Below are positions 26,433-34,583 of a DNA stretch of 35,835 nt, piece by piece. The stretch comes from a virus. Taxonomy: Duplodnaviria; Caudoviricetes. The position numbers and the translations under genes are program-made. Within the stretch, counting starts at the first letter, position 1. Each line of letters begins with the position of its first letter. The DNA is taken from positions 1 through 35,835 of the IMG/VR virus record IMGVR_UViG_3300046779_000237, one strand, 5' to 3'. The notes under the pieces are model-generated. The model was not told where the DNA came from, did not search any database, and was given only the letters and a program-made list of their open reading frames with translations.

Positions 26433-26857
26433 TGCCTTTCAAAGATCCAGAGGCAAAGAAAGCCTACCAAAGGGTTGCCTCTAAAAAACACTACGAAAAG
26501 AATAAGCAAGCCTATATAGCCAGAGCTGCGGTTGCTAAAGGCAATGTCTATACCATCTGGCGAACCTACAAGTCCACGCTCTCATGCGTCTGGTGTGGGG
26601 AGAATCGCCATCACACAATGCTTGACTTCCATCATGTCATTACTGAAGGCAAGAATGATGTAAACCGTCTTGTTGCCAATGGCCTTCTAAAACGTGCAAT
26701 GGAAGAAATAAAGAAGTGCATCCCCCTGTGTGCCAATTGCCATCGTTACCTACACAACGACAAAGCCTTCGAGAACAAAGTCCTGGCTAAAGTAAAAGAG
26801 ATGAAGATGTACGAGGGTGCGCTAAGAACGGTTGCGCCAGAGGTCGAGGACGAGTGA
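26432..26857 (+). CDS. HNH endonuclease
   Basis: CVWCGE, LDFHH, EIKKCIPLCANCHRYLH. Confidence 0.85.
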   Translation: MPFKDPEAKKAYQRVASKKHYEKNKQAYIARAAVAKGNVYTIWRTYKSTLSCVWCGENRHHTMLDFHHVITEGKNDVNRLVANGLLKRAMEEIKKCIPLCANCHRYLHNDKAFENKVLAKVKEMKMYEGALRTVAPEVEDE

Positions 26858-27106
26858 CTTCAGTTGTCCAGTAACCTCCGGCCCGTTGTGCTTCTCAAAA
26901 CCTAATAACCAATCCTGCCTCTTCTTCTTGTCAGTCATCCCGACAAGATGTCTTGCTAAACCTCTGAGTTTGATTTCAGAGTCTTCCCTGCAATATCTAA
27001 GTACTGTTTGCTTGTCGGCGAAAAAGACACCTCTTGATACAAGTGTTTCTTTCCCTTCTTCAGGACTACTATCTTCCCCTCCGAATAAAGCGTCTTGATG
27101 TGCCAA
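26822..27106 (-). CDS. Hypothetical protein (true start probably downstream of 27106)
   Basis: Last ORF of the minus-strand operon; overlaps both neighbours. Confidence 0.45.
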   Translation of the reverse strand: MAHQDALFGGEDSSPEEGKETLVSRGVFFADKQTVLRYCREDSEIKLRGLARHLVGMTDKKKRQDWLLGFEKHNGPEVTGQLKSLVLDLWRNRS

Positions 27107-27204
27107 TCAGCAGTACCCCTAGAGACTAAAAAGTGGTGACAGATGTCGTCAATTCCCACCGGCCTCTTGCGCTTCAGGTAGCCCTCTAACCTTTCTTTGT
27201 TCAT
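26956..27204 (-). CDS. Small HTH-like protein
   Basis: IDDICHHFLVSRGTADWHIKTLYSEGKI. Confidence 0.6.
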   Translation of the reverse strand: MNKERLEGYLKRKRPVGIDDICHHFLVSRGTADWHIKTLYSEGKIVVLKKGKKHLYQEVSFSPTSKQYLDIAGKTLKSNSEV

Positions 27205-27589
27205 TGAATTCCTTTACAAGCCGAACCATGTCAGGTGGAACCCACCGCTCTGGTTTCATAATTTTTCCGTTATCGTCCCGTCGAACTGTTCCAAGTACGG
27301 GATCAATCTTTTTGAGGTTCGTAGATGCTACAGCATCCCAACCGGCTTCTAAAGGTAAATCCATAGTTCTTGCAAGGCCAATCAGCACCCAGATGGAATC
27401 ACAGATAGCGTCTAGCGCATCTGCCTTCGCCTGGGTTTCTTCTGCCTCTGTCTCGCTTGCGTTAAACGCAGCCATAGCCTCTTCAAGTTCACCAACCTCC
27501 TCACGCACTAGGTCGTGATAGAGGCTGATGAGCTTGTGCGATGGCTCGTGTCCACAGGCTTGCATAAAGATTTGGACATCGAGGATCAT
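27149..27589 (-). CDS. MazG-like NTP pyrophosphohydrolase
   Basis: LVREEVGELEEA, DAICDSIWV, NLKK, RRDDNGKIMKPE.W. Confidence 0.85.
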   Translation of the reverse strand: MILDVQIFMQACGHEPSHKLISLYHDLVREEVGELEEAMAAFNASETEAEETQAKADALDAICDSIWVLIGLARTMDLPLEAGWDAVASTNLKKIDPVLGTVRRDDNGKIMKPERWVPPDMVRLVKEFNEQRKVRGLPEAQEAGGN

Positions 27590-27598
27590 GGCCGCTCC

Positions 27599-27814
27599 TT
27601 AGAATGGGACGCTAGAGTCGTCGCTCTGCGGCTTCTCACGGGGTTCCGAGAGAATCGCCCAGCCGTCCCAGTTCACAGGGATGGACTCCATCTTCAGGGA
27701 CATACCACGGTCGTTTTCCATGACCACACCGACCTTGACCCAACGCTTCTTTTCCTCACCGGCCTTGTTGGTGTAAGTGCCGCCGTTTGCTACTACTTCG
27801 TACTTGATACCCAT
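27599..27814 (-). CDS. Small SSB-like protein
   Basis: YTNKAGEEKKRWVKVGV...WDGW; acidic C-terminal DDSSVPF tip. Confidence 0.65.
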   Translation of the reverse strand: MGIKYEVVANGGTYTNKAGEEKKRWVKVGVVMENDRGMSLKMESIPVNWDGWAILSEPREKPQSDDSSVPF

Positions 27815-27823
27815 ATAACACTC

Positions 27824-27967
27824 CTATTTAGTTAAGTACCACAAACCAGACTGGCTAAAAGCATAGCCAGCCCAAACCACTGCCATAGGCAGATTTCCCA
27901 TCCTAAATTGCTCAAAGGCAACATAGGCATAAATAAAGCCAACTAGACCTACAAGCCAGCTACTCAA
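27824..27967 (-). CDS. Small two-TM membrane protein (47 aa)
   Basis: TTG start; MSSWLVGLVGFIYAYVAFEQFRMGNLPMAVVWAGYAFSQSGLWYLTK. Confidence 0.65.
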   Translation of the reverse strand: MSSWLVGLVGFIYAYVAFEQFRMGNLPMAVVWAGYAFSQSGLWYLTK

Positions 27968-28160
27968 GGTAGTCTCCGAACTTCTCCCAGAAGCAGGAGT
28001 GGATCCGCTTGAATGTCATCTCGTCGAACTCCTCAGTGTGCTTATCAATCTGGCGTAGATCATTAGCAAAGTCTTCCAACTTTGCACAAATGATAGGGGC
28101 CATAAGCATCTGAACGGCCTCGTCCACACTATCCTTATTCGTATCGATCTTTAATTCCAC
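27960..28160 (-). CDS. Hypothetical protein
   Basis: SD aggag; GTG start; fits operon packing. Confidence 0.6.
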   Translation of the reverse strand: MELKIDTNKDSVDEAVQMLMAPIICAKLEDFANDLRQIDKHTEEFDEMTFKRIHSCFWEKFGDYLE

Positions 28161-28311
28161 TTTTTTCTCCTAGTAGTTTTATAGCCTCTTTTCTTACTTC
28201 TGCGGTCACGGCCCAACCCAAGCCTTCAGGATCAAGGAGTGATCTTAGGAACCGGACTACAGGCAGAGGTAGATCATCAATAGTCCGATTATCAGAGCGA
28301 ATCTCATCCAC
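28135..28311 (-). CDS. Hypothetical protein (58 aa)
   Basis: GTG start; MDEIRSDNRTIDDLPLPVVRFLRSLLDPEGLGWAVTAEVRKEAIKLLG...; fills the operon gap. Confidence 0.6.
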   Translation of the reverse strand: MDEIRSDNRTIDDLPLPVVRFLRSLLDPEGLGWAVTAEVRKEAIKLLGEKSGIKDRYE

Positions 28312-28915
28312 GTAGCCTAGCCTCCATGTCGTTTAGTTCTTCCAAGAAGTCATAGACCTTACCCTCGAACTCGTCGAGTTCTTCTTCTGACGGCTGGAAT
28401 TTGATGATCTTGATTTGTGTTTGGTCTGGGAACAAAGGGTGGAAACTCACCCAATGGACAAACTTCTTTCCAGTACAGGATAACTGGCAGAGCAGTTGAG
28501 GAATGTAGTCCTTCGGGATTCTGTCGGACATGAGGTTCTCAATATGCCGTGGCCCTTGAGGACACTTGATCTCTACCAACCCACCGTCCGAGGTATAGCC
28601 GTCAGGAGACGCACCTAGACCCTTCATTAAAGGATGTTCTACGAACGGAGACTCCTCAACGGTTAGTCCAGTTACTTGGATAAACTTCAGGCGGGCAATG
28701 GGTTCCTGCTCCGTCCCCCACCTCATTGCTGGGGTCTCAGGCGTTACCGTGGGAATACCAGTAAGACGCTCTGCCAATAGTTGAAGTTTAAGATTACGGC
28801 GGTAAGCCGACTCTCCGGTCTTAACAGTTGCCAGAGCATCTACGACCCTGCTCGCTGTGAGTTTTCCGCACCGCTGGGCAAACCATGCGTCGCTACGTTG
28901 TTCCACCTTCTCCAT
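28304..28915 (-). CDS. YqaJ/lambda-exonuclease family protein
   Basis: QRSDAWFAQRCGKLTAS, AMRWGTEQEP, GASPDG, LVEIKCP, YIPQ. Confidence 0.9.
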   Translation of the reverse strand: MEKVEQRSDAWFAQRCGKLTASRVVDALATVKTGESAYRRNLKLQLLAERLTGIPTVTPETPAMRWGTEQEPIARLKFIQVTGLTVEESPFVEHPLMKGLGASPDGYTSDGGLVEIKCPQGPRHIENLMSDRIPKDYIPQLLCQLSCTGKKFVHWVSFHPLFPDQTQIKIIKFQPSEEELDEFEGKVYDFLEELNDMEARLRG

Positions 28916-29280
28916 ATTTCGTTTCTCGCTTTCTTTAGTTCAGATTCAAACCTGTCAACACTTATACGCAACTTCTGAGCTACGGCGTGATGGCCTTGGT
29001 ACGGGTACTGAATGTACTTGGCCTTGACAATTATACGCAGGTTCTGGGGAAGGGTGCAAATGATTTCTTCCATGCGCTCCCCGTCCCTAAAGTTAGGCTC
29101 TAAATGCGGTTCTGGCGGGTCGTAAACATCTCCCAACTCTGGGACGTATTCGCCCTCTGCGGAAGCCGCCTGGGTTTGAACTGGTGGGCCTAGAACGCCA
29201 TACTGACACCAGAACACCCAGTTCATCAAGAGGTCTTGAACCAGACTTTCGCTAACTCTGGCCTGTTCTGCTCTATCCAA
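28840..29280 (-). CDS. Putative late-gene regulator (Q-like or sigma region-4-like HTH)
   Basis: LMNWVFW N-terminus; LPQNLRIIVKAKY...VAQKLRIS C-terminal HTH. Confidence 0.55.
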   Translation of the reverse strand: MDRAEQARVSESLVQDLLMNWVFWCQYGVLGPPVQTQAASAEGEYVPELGDVYDPPEPHLEPNFRDGERMEEIICTLPQNLRIIVKAKYIQYPYQGHHAVAQKLRISVDRFESELKKARNEIWRRWNNVATHGLPSGAENSQRAGS

Positions 29281-29912
29281 GGTTTAGCCTCCTCGATACA
29301 CTTTTTAAAGTCATTGCCAAATGTCTGGCTTCCTGCGTGATGCACATAAGACCTAGACACATAGTGCTTGTAGCCTTTAAGCGACATATCTATACATTGC
29401 ACATCGTCTGAATACCAGTTTAGCGGCGGGAAGTCTACCCATGCCTCCCTGGACACCCAGCCAAAAAACGGCGCAATGATATCCGTCTTGATGATCTTTT
29501 GTTCGCTCTCCCACCTAAGACCTATTAGCCGGTCTCCTTCCTGGCGAGTCCGTACATTCTGTACGCCCCTTGCGTAGTCACTCCGTCCGGCGACCCAACC
29601 TACCTTTTCGGTATTCTGTTGTAAAAATGCAACATCTTCCATAAGACGCTGCCAGGTCGATGGCATGAACACGATGTCGTCGTTACAGACCACCAAGTCT
29701 TCGTGTTCCTTAAAGGCTTCGTTGCAGACCGCATTGAAGGCATCTCCAAAGTTCGTGGCCGTGTTCTCAGAATTGATAGTCCTATGCCTTGGTAAAACGA
29801 TCCCAGACCCAGATAGATAGACTGGGATGTACTCTGGGACGTAACAGGTGATGGAGGTCAGCAGGACGGGTAAGCATCCTGAGTTATTTGTACAGATGAC
29901 AATGGCTGTCAA
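29226..29912 (-). CDS. GT-A fold glycosyltransferase
   Basis: AIVICT, NFGDAFN, LVVCNDDIVF, WYSDD, YVHHAGSQT; TTG start overlapping the epimerase stop. Confidence 0.75.
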   Translation of the reverse strand: MTAIVICTNNSGCLPVLLTSITCYVPEYIPVYLSGSGIVLPRHRTINSENTATNFGDAFNAVCNEAFKEHEDLVVCNDDIVFMPSTWQRLMEDVAFLQQNTEKVGWVAGRSDYARGVQNVRTRQEGDRLIGLRWESEQKIIKTDIIAPFFGWVSREAWVDFPPLNWYSDDVQCIDMSLKGYKHYVSRSYVHHAGSQTFGNDFKKCIEEAKPWIEQNRPELAKVWFKTS

Positions 29913-30901
29913 AATAACCTCTGCGTCCAAGTCTTAGGGGTTAGGGGCGACACTATTTCAATCGGCAGGTGGTATTTGAAGGGGCGGGGGCCACGGTTCC
30001 TGATGTAGGTGATGATCTTCCCTAGTGATTCGTCCAGAGGTACGCTCTGCTCCCATTTAAACCAGTCTCTGATCTTGTCTGCGGAACAGTTGGCGTGTTT
30101 GACCTCTTGGGGTCGACCAGGCATATAAGTCGGGTTCAAATCAAAGTCTAGGAGTTTGGCGATTCTCTGTGCCAACTCTAAAATCGTAACCTCACCCTTG
30201 TCTGGCCCGATATTAAAGGTATGGCCAGCACAGTCCTCAAAGCCCAGCATCATCAAGATGTCTATATCCTCGTCTACGTCTGAGAAGCACCGGATCTGGG
30301 AGCCGTCACCGTAGATGATTGGTTGCCGACCCTGAAGCATCAAGTTGGTCATAATTGAGGCTACATTTCGGAACGGGTCGTCATACTTCTGCTTGGCCCC
30401 GATAATGTTGTGCGGTACGGCGATCACCAGTTCTATCCCGTGAACCTCTGCTAGGTTCTTTAAAAGCATCTCTGCGGCCACTTTAGCGATGCCGTATGGG
30501 TCTTGTGGGCGGCATTCCATGTCCTCGGTAAACGGAGGCTTCTGTGCGCCATAACGGGCCATAGACGAGCAATGAACAACTCTCTTAACGCCACAACGTA
30601 TAGCTGCTGTCATTACATTGACGGAGATTTGGGTGGTGTTCTGGGTGATGAGAGACGGAGAGAAGACAGACAGTCCTTCGTAGGCAGTACAGGCCGTGTG
30701 GTAGACCAGATCCACCCCGTCCATGACATCGGTGAGTTTATCGAGGTTCGATAAGTCAAACCTGTGAAGGTCTACATGGAGCGGAACGTTTAACTCGTCC
30801 CCACCGATCATGTTGTCGATGCCGATGACCTGGTGGCCTTTTAGCCGATCACACAGATGCGAACCTAAAAAGCCAGCGGCTCCGGTTACTAGAATTTTCA
30901 T
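29909..30901 (-). CDS. NAD-dependent NDP-sugar epimerase/dehydratase (extended SDR)
   Basis: MKILVTGAAGFLGSHL (GxxGxxG), SSMARYG, PYGIAK (YxxxK), IYGDGSQIRCF. Confidence 0.9.
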   Translation of the reverse strand: MKILVTGAAGFLGSHLCDRLKGHQVIGIDNMIGGDELNVPLHVDLHRFDLSNLDKLTDVMDGVDLVYHTACTAYEGLSVFSPSLITQNTTQISVNVMTAAIRCGVKRVVHCSSMARYGAQKPPFTEDMECRPQDPYGIAKVAAEMLLKNLAEVHGIELVIAVPHNIIGAKQKYDDPFRNVASIMTNLMLQGRQPIIYGDGSQIRCFSDVDEDIDILMMLGFEDCAGHTFNIGPDKGEVTILELAQRIAKLLDFDLNPTYMPGRPQEVKHANCSADKIRDWFKWEQSVPLDESLGKIITYIRNRGPRPFKYHLPIEIVSPLTPKTWTQRLF

Positions 30902-31323
30902 AGATTGACCAATCTCCAAAGGCGTAGCGGAACCGCAAAGAACCGCTCACCGCTCTCTACATACTTGTTTGGATTCTCGACTACAGGGCTTTGTAGAATT
31001 GTATCACCACGACACCAGAGGGCTTGTGTAAGGTCTGCCTTTACAGAGAAAAGTAAGGTTGGCAGGTCGTAAGTAAAGAACTTCTGCTTTCGGTAAGGAA
31101 CGTGGACTGTCTGGTAAGGAAAATCGCTTACCCAGTTATGTCGTCGTTCAACCTCTGCATACCCGACTTCTCTGCCGAACTCTAGGATGATGACATCTAC
31201 GTCGTACTTCCCGCCCTCCTCGACTTGCTTGCCCCACCTGGTAGAGATGTAGTTCATAACGGCATCTTTAGCAGGGCCGTCATTCTCCTCATGGAGTTGG
31301 GCATCAAACTTCTTAGTCGCCAC
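30898..31323 (-). CDS. Putative PD-(D/E)XK-fold protein
   Basis: YDVDVI...YAEVERR..W...F...VHVPYRKQK. Confidence 0.55.
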   Translation of the reverse strand: MATKKFDAQLHEENDGPAKDAVMNYISTRWGKQVEEGGKYDVDVIILEFGREVGYAEVERRHNWVSDFPYQTVHVPYRKQKFFTYDLPTLLFSVKADLTQALWCRGDTILQSPVVENPNKYVESGERFFAVPLRLWRLVNL

Positions 31324-32131
31324 AAAAGCACTCGATAGATTCTTCAAACATATCTCCCTGCCGGTCTATAAACCTGTGAATGTCTGCATACTTCGGCCTG
31401 TCAATACGAAACCTGTTGCCGTCTCCTTGTGTCTGGGTTTCTGCCCATTCCTCTTGTTTAGCCCACCAGATTGCCCGTTTAGGATCTTGAGCGACCAGAG
31501 TAGTGATCTTTGGCAGAGCCTTTAAAAAGCACAGGTCGCAATTTCCCCCAATGGTTTCGCCATTGATGACCGGCAGCTCTAGGTCAAATGACTGCTCAGA
31601 CCAAAATTTCAGGACATCAGCTTTTACAACCCCTGACTCAGCAAGCGGCATAACTGGTGTTTCAGCAGCGATCCTAGACTTCATTTTTGCTACTCGCCTT
31701 TGTTCATCAGCTCTTATGCCAATCATATTCTGCCATTCGTCCCACCCGAATGTCTTAACAAATCTAATTACAGTGTCAATTTTTAATGCTTGTGTGCAAA
31801 ACCTAGCACGAACATTAGGTAGCATTTTCCTTTCTCTAATGATTTCTTCAAAAGGCTCTCCATTCCTGCTTGCTGTATCAAAGTCAACTAGCTCAAACTG
31901 TTTATTTGGCCGGTATTCAATCCAGTTAATTTTTATATGCCAATTGTCTTGGCAATTTTTTACAAACCTAAGTGTTTCTTCTTGCTCTTTACCCGTGTTT
32001 GCAAAACAAATTATTGTGTCTTCTGGGAGACCATTGTTTGATTGCAAAACCCGCCAAAGCATATAAGCAGAAGTCCTTCCGCCAGAAAATGAAATTACTG
32101 TCGGCTCGTCAATTTTAAAATGATCGCTCAA
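31313..32131 (-). CDS. PAPS reductase-like (PP-loop adenine nucleotide alpha-hydrolase) protein
   Basis: ISFSGGRTS PP-loop, FANTG.E, RFCT, IGIRADE.RR, GNCDLCFLK, C-terminal CFCGD. Confidence 0.85.
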   Translation of the reverse strand: MSDHFKIDEPTVISFSGGRTSAYMLWRVLQSNNGLPEDTIICFANTGKEQEETLRFVKNCQDNWHIKINWIEYRPNKQFELVDFDTASRNGEPFEEIIRERKMLPNVRARFCTQALKIDTVIRFVKTFGWDEWQNMIGIRADEQRRVAKMKSRIAAETPVMPLAESGVVKADVLKFWSEQSFDLELPVINGETIGGNCDLCFLKALPKITTLVAQDPKRAIWWAKQEEWAETQTQGDGNRFRIDRPKYADIHRFIDRQGDMFEESIECFCGD

Positions 32132-32381
32132 GGATTCTCCTAATCGTTTCGTTAAGTGCGTCTAGTTCGTCCATCTTCTTTAACTTCCACATATTCCGCT
32201 GCCCATGCCAGCCGTTCTTAGATCCGGTATGGCAGTCTTTACACAGGGGAATACATATGTACTGTCGATGCTGTTTGACATGGTGGGCATCACTTGGGCC
32301 TTCTGCATCACAGACAACACACCGCATCTCTTTGATAAGCCCAAGGTAGGCTTTTTCTTTGGCGTTTAACTTGTTAAGCAT
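32115..32381 (-). CDS. Ref/DUF968-like HNH Zn-finger protein
   Basis: CVVC..AHH...IPLCKDCH.G..G.HG; start could be 32399. Confidence 0.7.
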   Translation of the reverse strand: MLNKLNAKEKAYLGLIKEMRCVVCDAEGPSDAHHVKQHRQYICIPLCKDCHTGSKNGWHGQRNMWKLKKMDELDALNETIRRILERSF

Positions 32382-32700
32382 TCTCGGCCACCCAAGCAAA
32401 AACCTGCTCTAGGTACTCCGAGAACTCTTGCTTGCTGAGTTTCGTAGTGGACGGCCAGACCATGATGACTTCGCCGTGGATCTCCAAAACATCTGGCTGG
32501 AGAAAGGTTCGTTTGAAATACTCATGCCAGTTGGGTGCGGTCTGGTTAGTCTTCTCAGCAAGGATCTGGAGTTCCTTCCAGTAAAGCGCATTCTGGTCGG
32601 CAGTCCTGTTAGGTGGCTTGATCTCTACAGAATGTCCGTCAGGAGCCTGGGCAACCATCTGTAGGACTGTCTGGCGGTTGCCGTCAAGGATGAACTTCAT
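32374..32700 (-). CDS. ninB: NinB/Orf-like recombination protein
   Basis: RTADQNALYW, WHEYFK, STTKLSKQEFSEYLEQVFAW. Confidence 0.75.
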   Translation of the reverse strand: MKFILDGNRQTVLQMVAQAPDGHSVEIKPPNRTADQNALYWKELQILAEKTNQTAPNWHEYFKRTFLQPDVLEIHGEVIMVWPSTTKLSKQEFSEYLEQVFAWVAENA

Positions 32701-33649
32701 AGGTTCTCCCATGCTGTTCTAGCCACTTCTGGAACTTGCCCGTTTCCAATGGCTTTAAGTCTGTCCACCCTAGCGGCCACCCCATCAGCCACTCGACCCA
32801 CGTCGGGTTCAACTTCCCACCAACTTGTGCCGCCAATGTTGGGGTGTTGCGTTCTGATTCCGATGGTGCGTTCGTTTCTTTGGCATTGTGCGCTGTCGGT
32901 GTCGGCCAAACCGGAACCTTCCCTTGAGCCTTCCTGACATCCCGTCCCGCTATTGCAGATGCTTCCTCTAGGCTCATCTCCCCGTCTAACCATGCTTTCC
33001 GCATGATCCTGACTGTCCCCTCGCATGGCATCAATGAAGCCGTTGGTGTCGGATACATTCTTCTTCCGACTACCGTCTCTAGATTCGGGAACCTGTTTTC
33101 GTTCCACGCAGATTCTGGCGTTATCGTCGCTGCCATCGCAGAACAACTTCTTGGGGTCGGCCAAGACTGCTTTGATCCATATTCTGTCTCTTTGGTGAGG
33201 TGCGCCGACATCTGCTGCTCCCAGCACTCCCCATCTCGCATCAAACCCCATCGAGGCCAAGTCTCCGAGTACGGTTCCAAGTCCCCTAGAAGTGAGCATT
33301 GGTGAGTTCTCCACAAAGACGAATCTGGGTCGTACTTCGTGAATGATCCGTGCCATTTCTCGCCACATTCCTGAACGCTCTCCGTCAATTCCTGCGCCCT
33401 TTCCTGCGGCTGAGATGTCCTGGCATGGAAACCCGCCAGATATGACGTCAACAATGCCTCGCCACGGTCTTCCGTCAAAGGTTTGAACGTCATCCCAAAT
33501 CGGGAAAGGCGGGAGAACTCCGTCATTCTGTCTGGCGGCAAGTACGCAAGCTGCGTAGGGTTCCCACTCGACTGCACAGACTGTTCTCCATCCGAGGAGA
33601 TGTCCCCCAAGTATTCCTCCACCAGCACCTGCGAATAGAGCCAACTCAT
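32684..33649 (-). CDS. Overlapping-frame MTase beta chain carrying motif IX
   Basis: 321-codon open frame inside the MTase gene; LNPTWVEWLMGWP.GWT is motif IX-like; three [WY]PTP repeats; start uncertain. Confidence 0.65.
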   Translation of the reverse strand: MSWLYSQVLVEEYLGDISSDGEQSVQSSGNPTQLAYLPPDRMTEFSRLSRFGMTFKPLTEDRGEALLTSYLAGFHARTSQPQERAQELTESVQECGEKWHGSFTKYDPDSSLWRTHQCSLLGDLEPYSETWPRWGLMRDGECWEQQMSAHLTKETEYGSKQSWPTPRSCSAMAATITPESAWNENRFPNLETVVGRRMYPTPTASLMPCEGTVRIMRKAWLDGEMSLEEASAIAGRDVRKAQGKVPVWPTPTAHNAKETNAPSESERNTPTLAAQVGGKLNPTWVEWLMGWPLGWTDLKPLETGKFQKWLEQHGRTYEVHP

Positions 33650-33653
33650 TCAT
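32697..33653 (-). CDS. C5 cytosine DNA methyltransferase (alpha chain)
   Basis: Motif I LFAGAGG, IV GGFPCQDIS, VI FVENS, VIII HQRDRIW, X RLKAIGNG; no motif IX in this frame. Confidence 0.9.
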   Translation of the reverse strand: MNELALFAGAGGGILGGHLLGWRTVCAVEWEPYAACVLAARQNDGVLPPFPIWDDVQTFDGRPWRGIVDVISGGFPCQDISAAGKGAGIDGERSGMWREMARIIHEVRPRFVFVENSPMLTSRGLGTVLGDLASMGFDARWGVLGAADVGAPHQRDRIWIKAVLADPKKLFCDGSDDNARICVERKQVPESRDGSRKKNVSDTNGFIDAMRGDSQDHAESMVRRGDEPRGSICNSGTGCQEGSREGSGLADTDSAQCQRNERTIGIRTQHPNIGGTSWWEVEPDVGRVADGVAARVDRLKAIGNGQVPEVARTAWENL

Positions 33654-34045
33654 GCGGCCCTCATTGTTCTACGCATGACTTCTGCCTTAAAATTAGGCCA
33701 ACTATCAAACTCTGACGGGCGCAGTCCGAGTTGGAGTCCTTTACTCTCAATTCCTGTAGCGGTCTCCCACCAGTTGACTACCTTGCCTTGGACTTGCACT
33801 ACATCTTCTCCGAGGTCTACACCCCAGTCGTCATCCCACCTTTCTGCTCGTAACCAAGTGGCTGCGTGAGGAATAAATATCCCACCGTCTTTTCTCCACT
33901 GGTCTTGTTGCTTTGCTAGTTCAAGTGCTTTGATGATCTTCTCTACTGGGGGTCTTATCTTCTCTGTCTGGCTCCAGGCTTTTCTTGCTTCGCCCTTGGC
34001 TACTTTTCTTGGGTATGCCTTCCAGAACTTCTCAAAGTCTTCCAT
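33650..34045 (-). CDS. Short replication-initiator-like protein (C-terminal-type domain only)
   Basis: FEKFWKAYPRKVAKGEARKAW...FIPHAATWLRAERWDD. Confidence 0.7.
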   Translation of the reverse strand: MEDFEKFWKAYPRKVAKGEARKAWSQTEKIRPPVEKIIKALELAKQQDQWRKDGGIFIPHAATWLRAERWDDDWGVDLGEDVVQVQGKVVNWWETATGIESKGLQLGLRPSEFDSWPNFKAEVMRRTMRAA

Positions 34046-34583
34046 CTTCTTCTCCTAGTAACTCCAACTGGTCTTCGTTTTGTACTTCAGGCAAGACAAT
34101 TATACAAGGGTCTCTTTTTGTCAATAGTTTTGACCACCTTGTTTTTTTCTTTCCCTCTTGGTCAGCGGCTCTGCCCACTCCGTTTCTTGGCCCCCAAGGA
34201 TTTCCACCTGCTAAACCGTCACAAGTCCAGCCGGACGCTTTAAGGCTTGTGCCTGTCTCTTCGTCTGCGAGAATGTAAGTCTGGATCTTGATGTAGCCCA
34301 TTTCCTTGCCCGCTCTGGCTGCTGCTGAGTAGAGCATTGAGCAGACATTTTTTGTCCCGTCTGAGACCAGTCTGGTGACTTCTAGGACATCTCTTGGACT
34401 ACCGGCTAGTCTTGCTACTGGCCTTCCTATGATGGCTGCACCGTGGACTTTGTTCTCTTCATCTATCACCCCTAACGAGAACCTGTGTCCTACTGTTGGC
34501 TTGTGATGTCTATGCCATGCTTCGACCACTTTGTTTGCTTCTTCTAGTTCTAGTGGGATTACTCTCAGCATCCTTTTCTCCAT
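34032..34583 (-). CDS. XF1762/Mom-like GNAT-fold protein
   Basis: WHRHHKP, GRPVAR, LEVTRL.SDG..NVCSMLY, GY.KIQTYIL..E.GTSLKASGW. Confidence 0.7.
   Translation of the reverse strand: MEKRMLRVIPLELEEANKVVEAWHRHHKPTVGHRFSLGVIDEENKVHGAAIIGRPVARLAGSPRDVLEVTRLVSDGTKNVCSMLYSAAARAGKEMGYIKIQTYILADEETGTSLKASGWTCDGLAGGNPWGPRNGVGRAADQEGKKKTRWSKLLTKRDPCIIVLPEVQNEDQLELLGEEDGRL

Noticed and set aside
31503-32066. 187-aa plus-strand ORF opposite the PAPS-reductase-like gene
   Set aside because: Antisense shadow with no RBS or motifs
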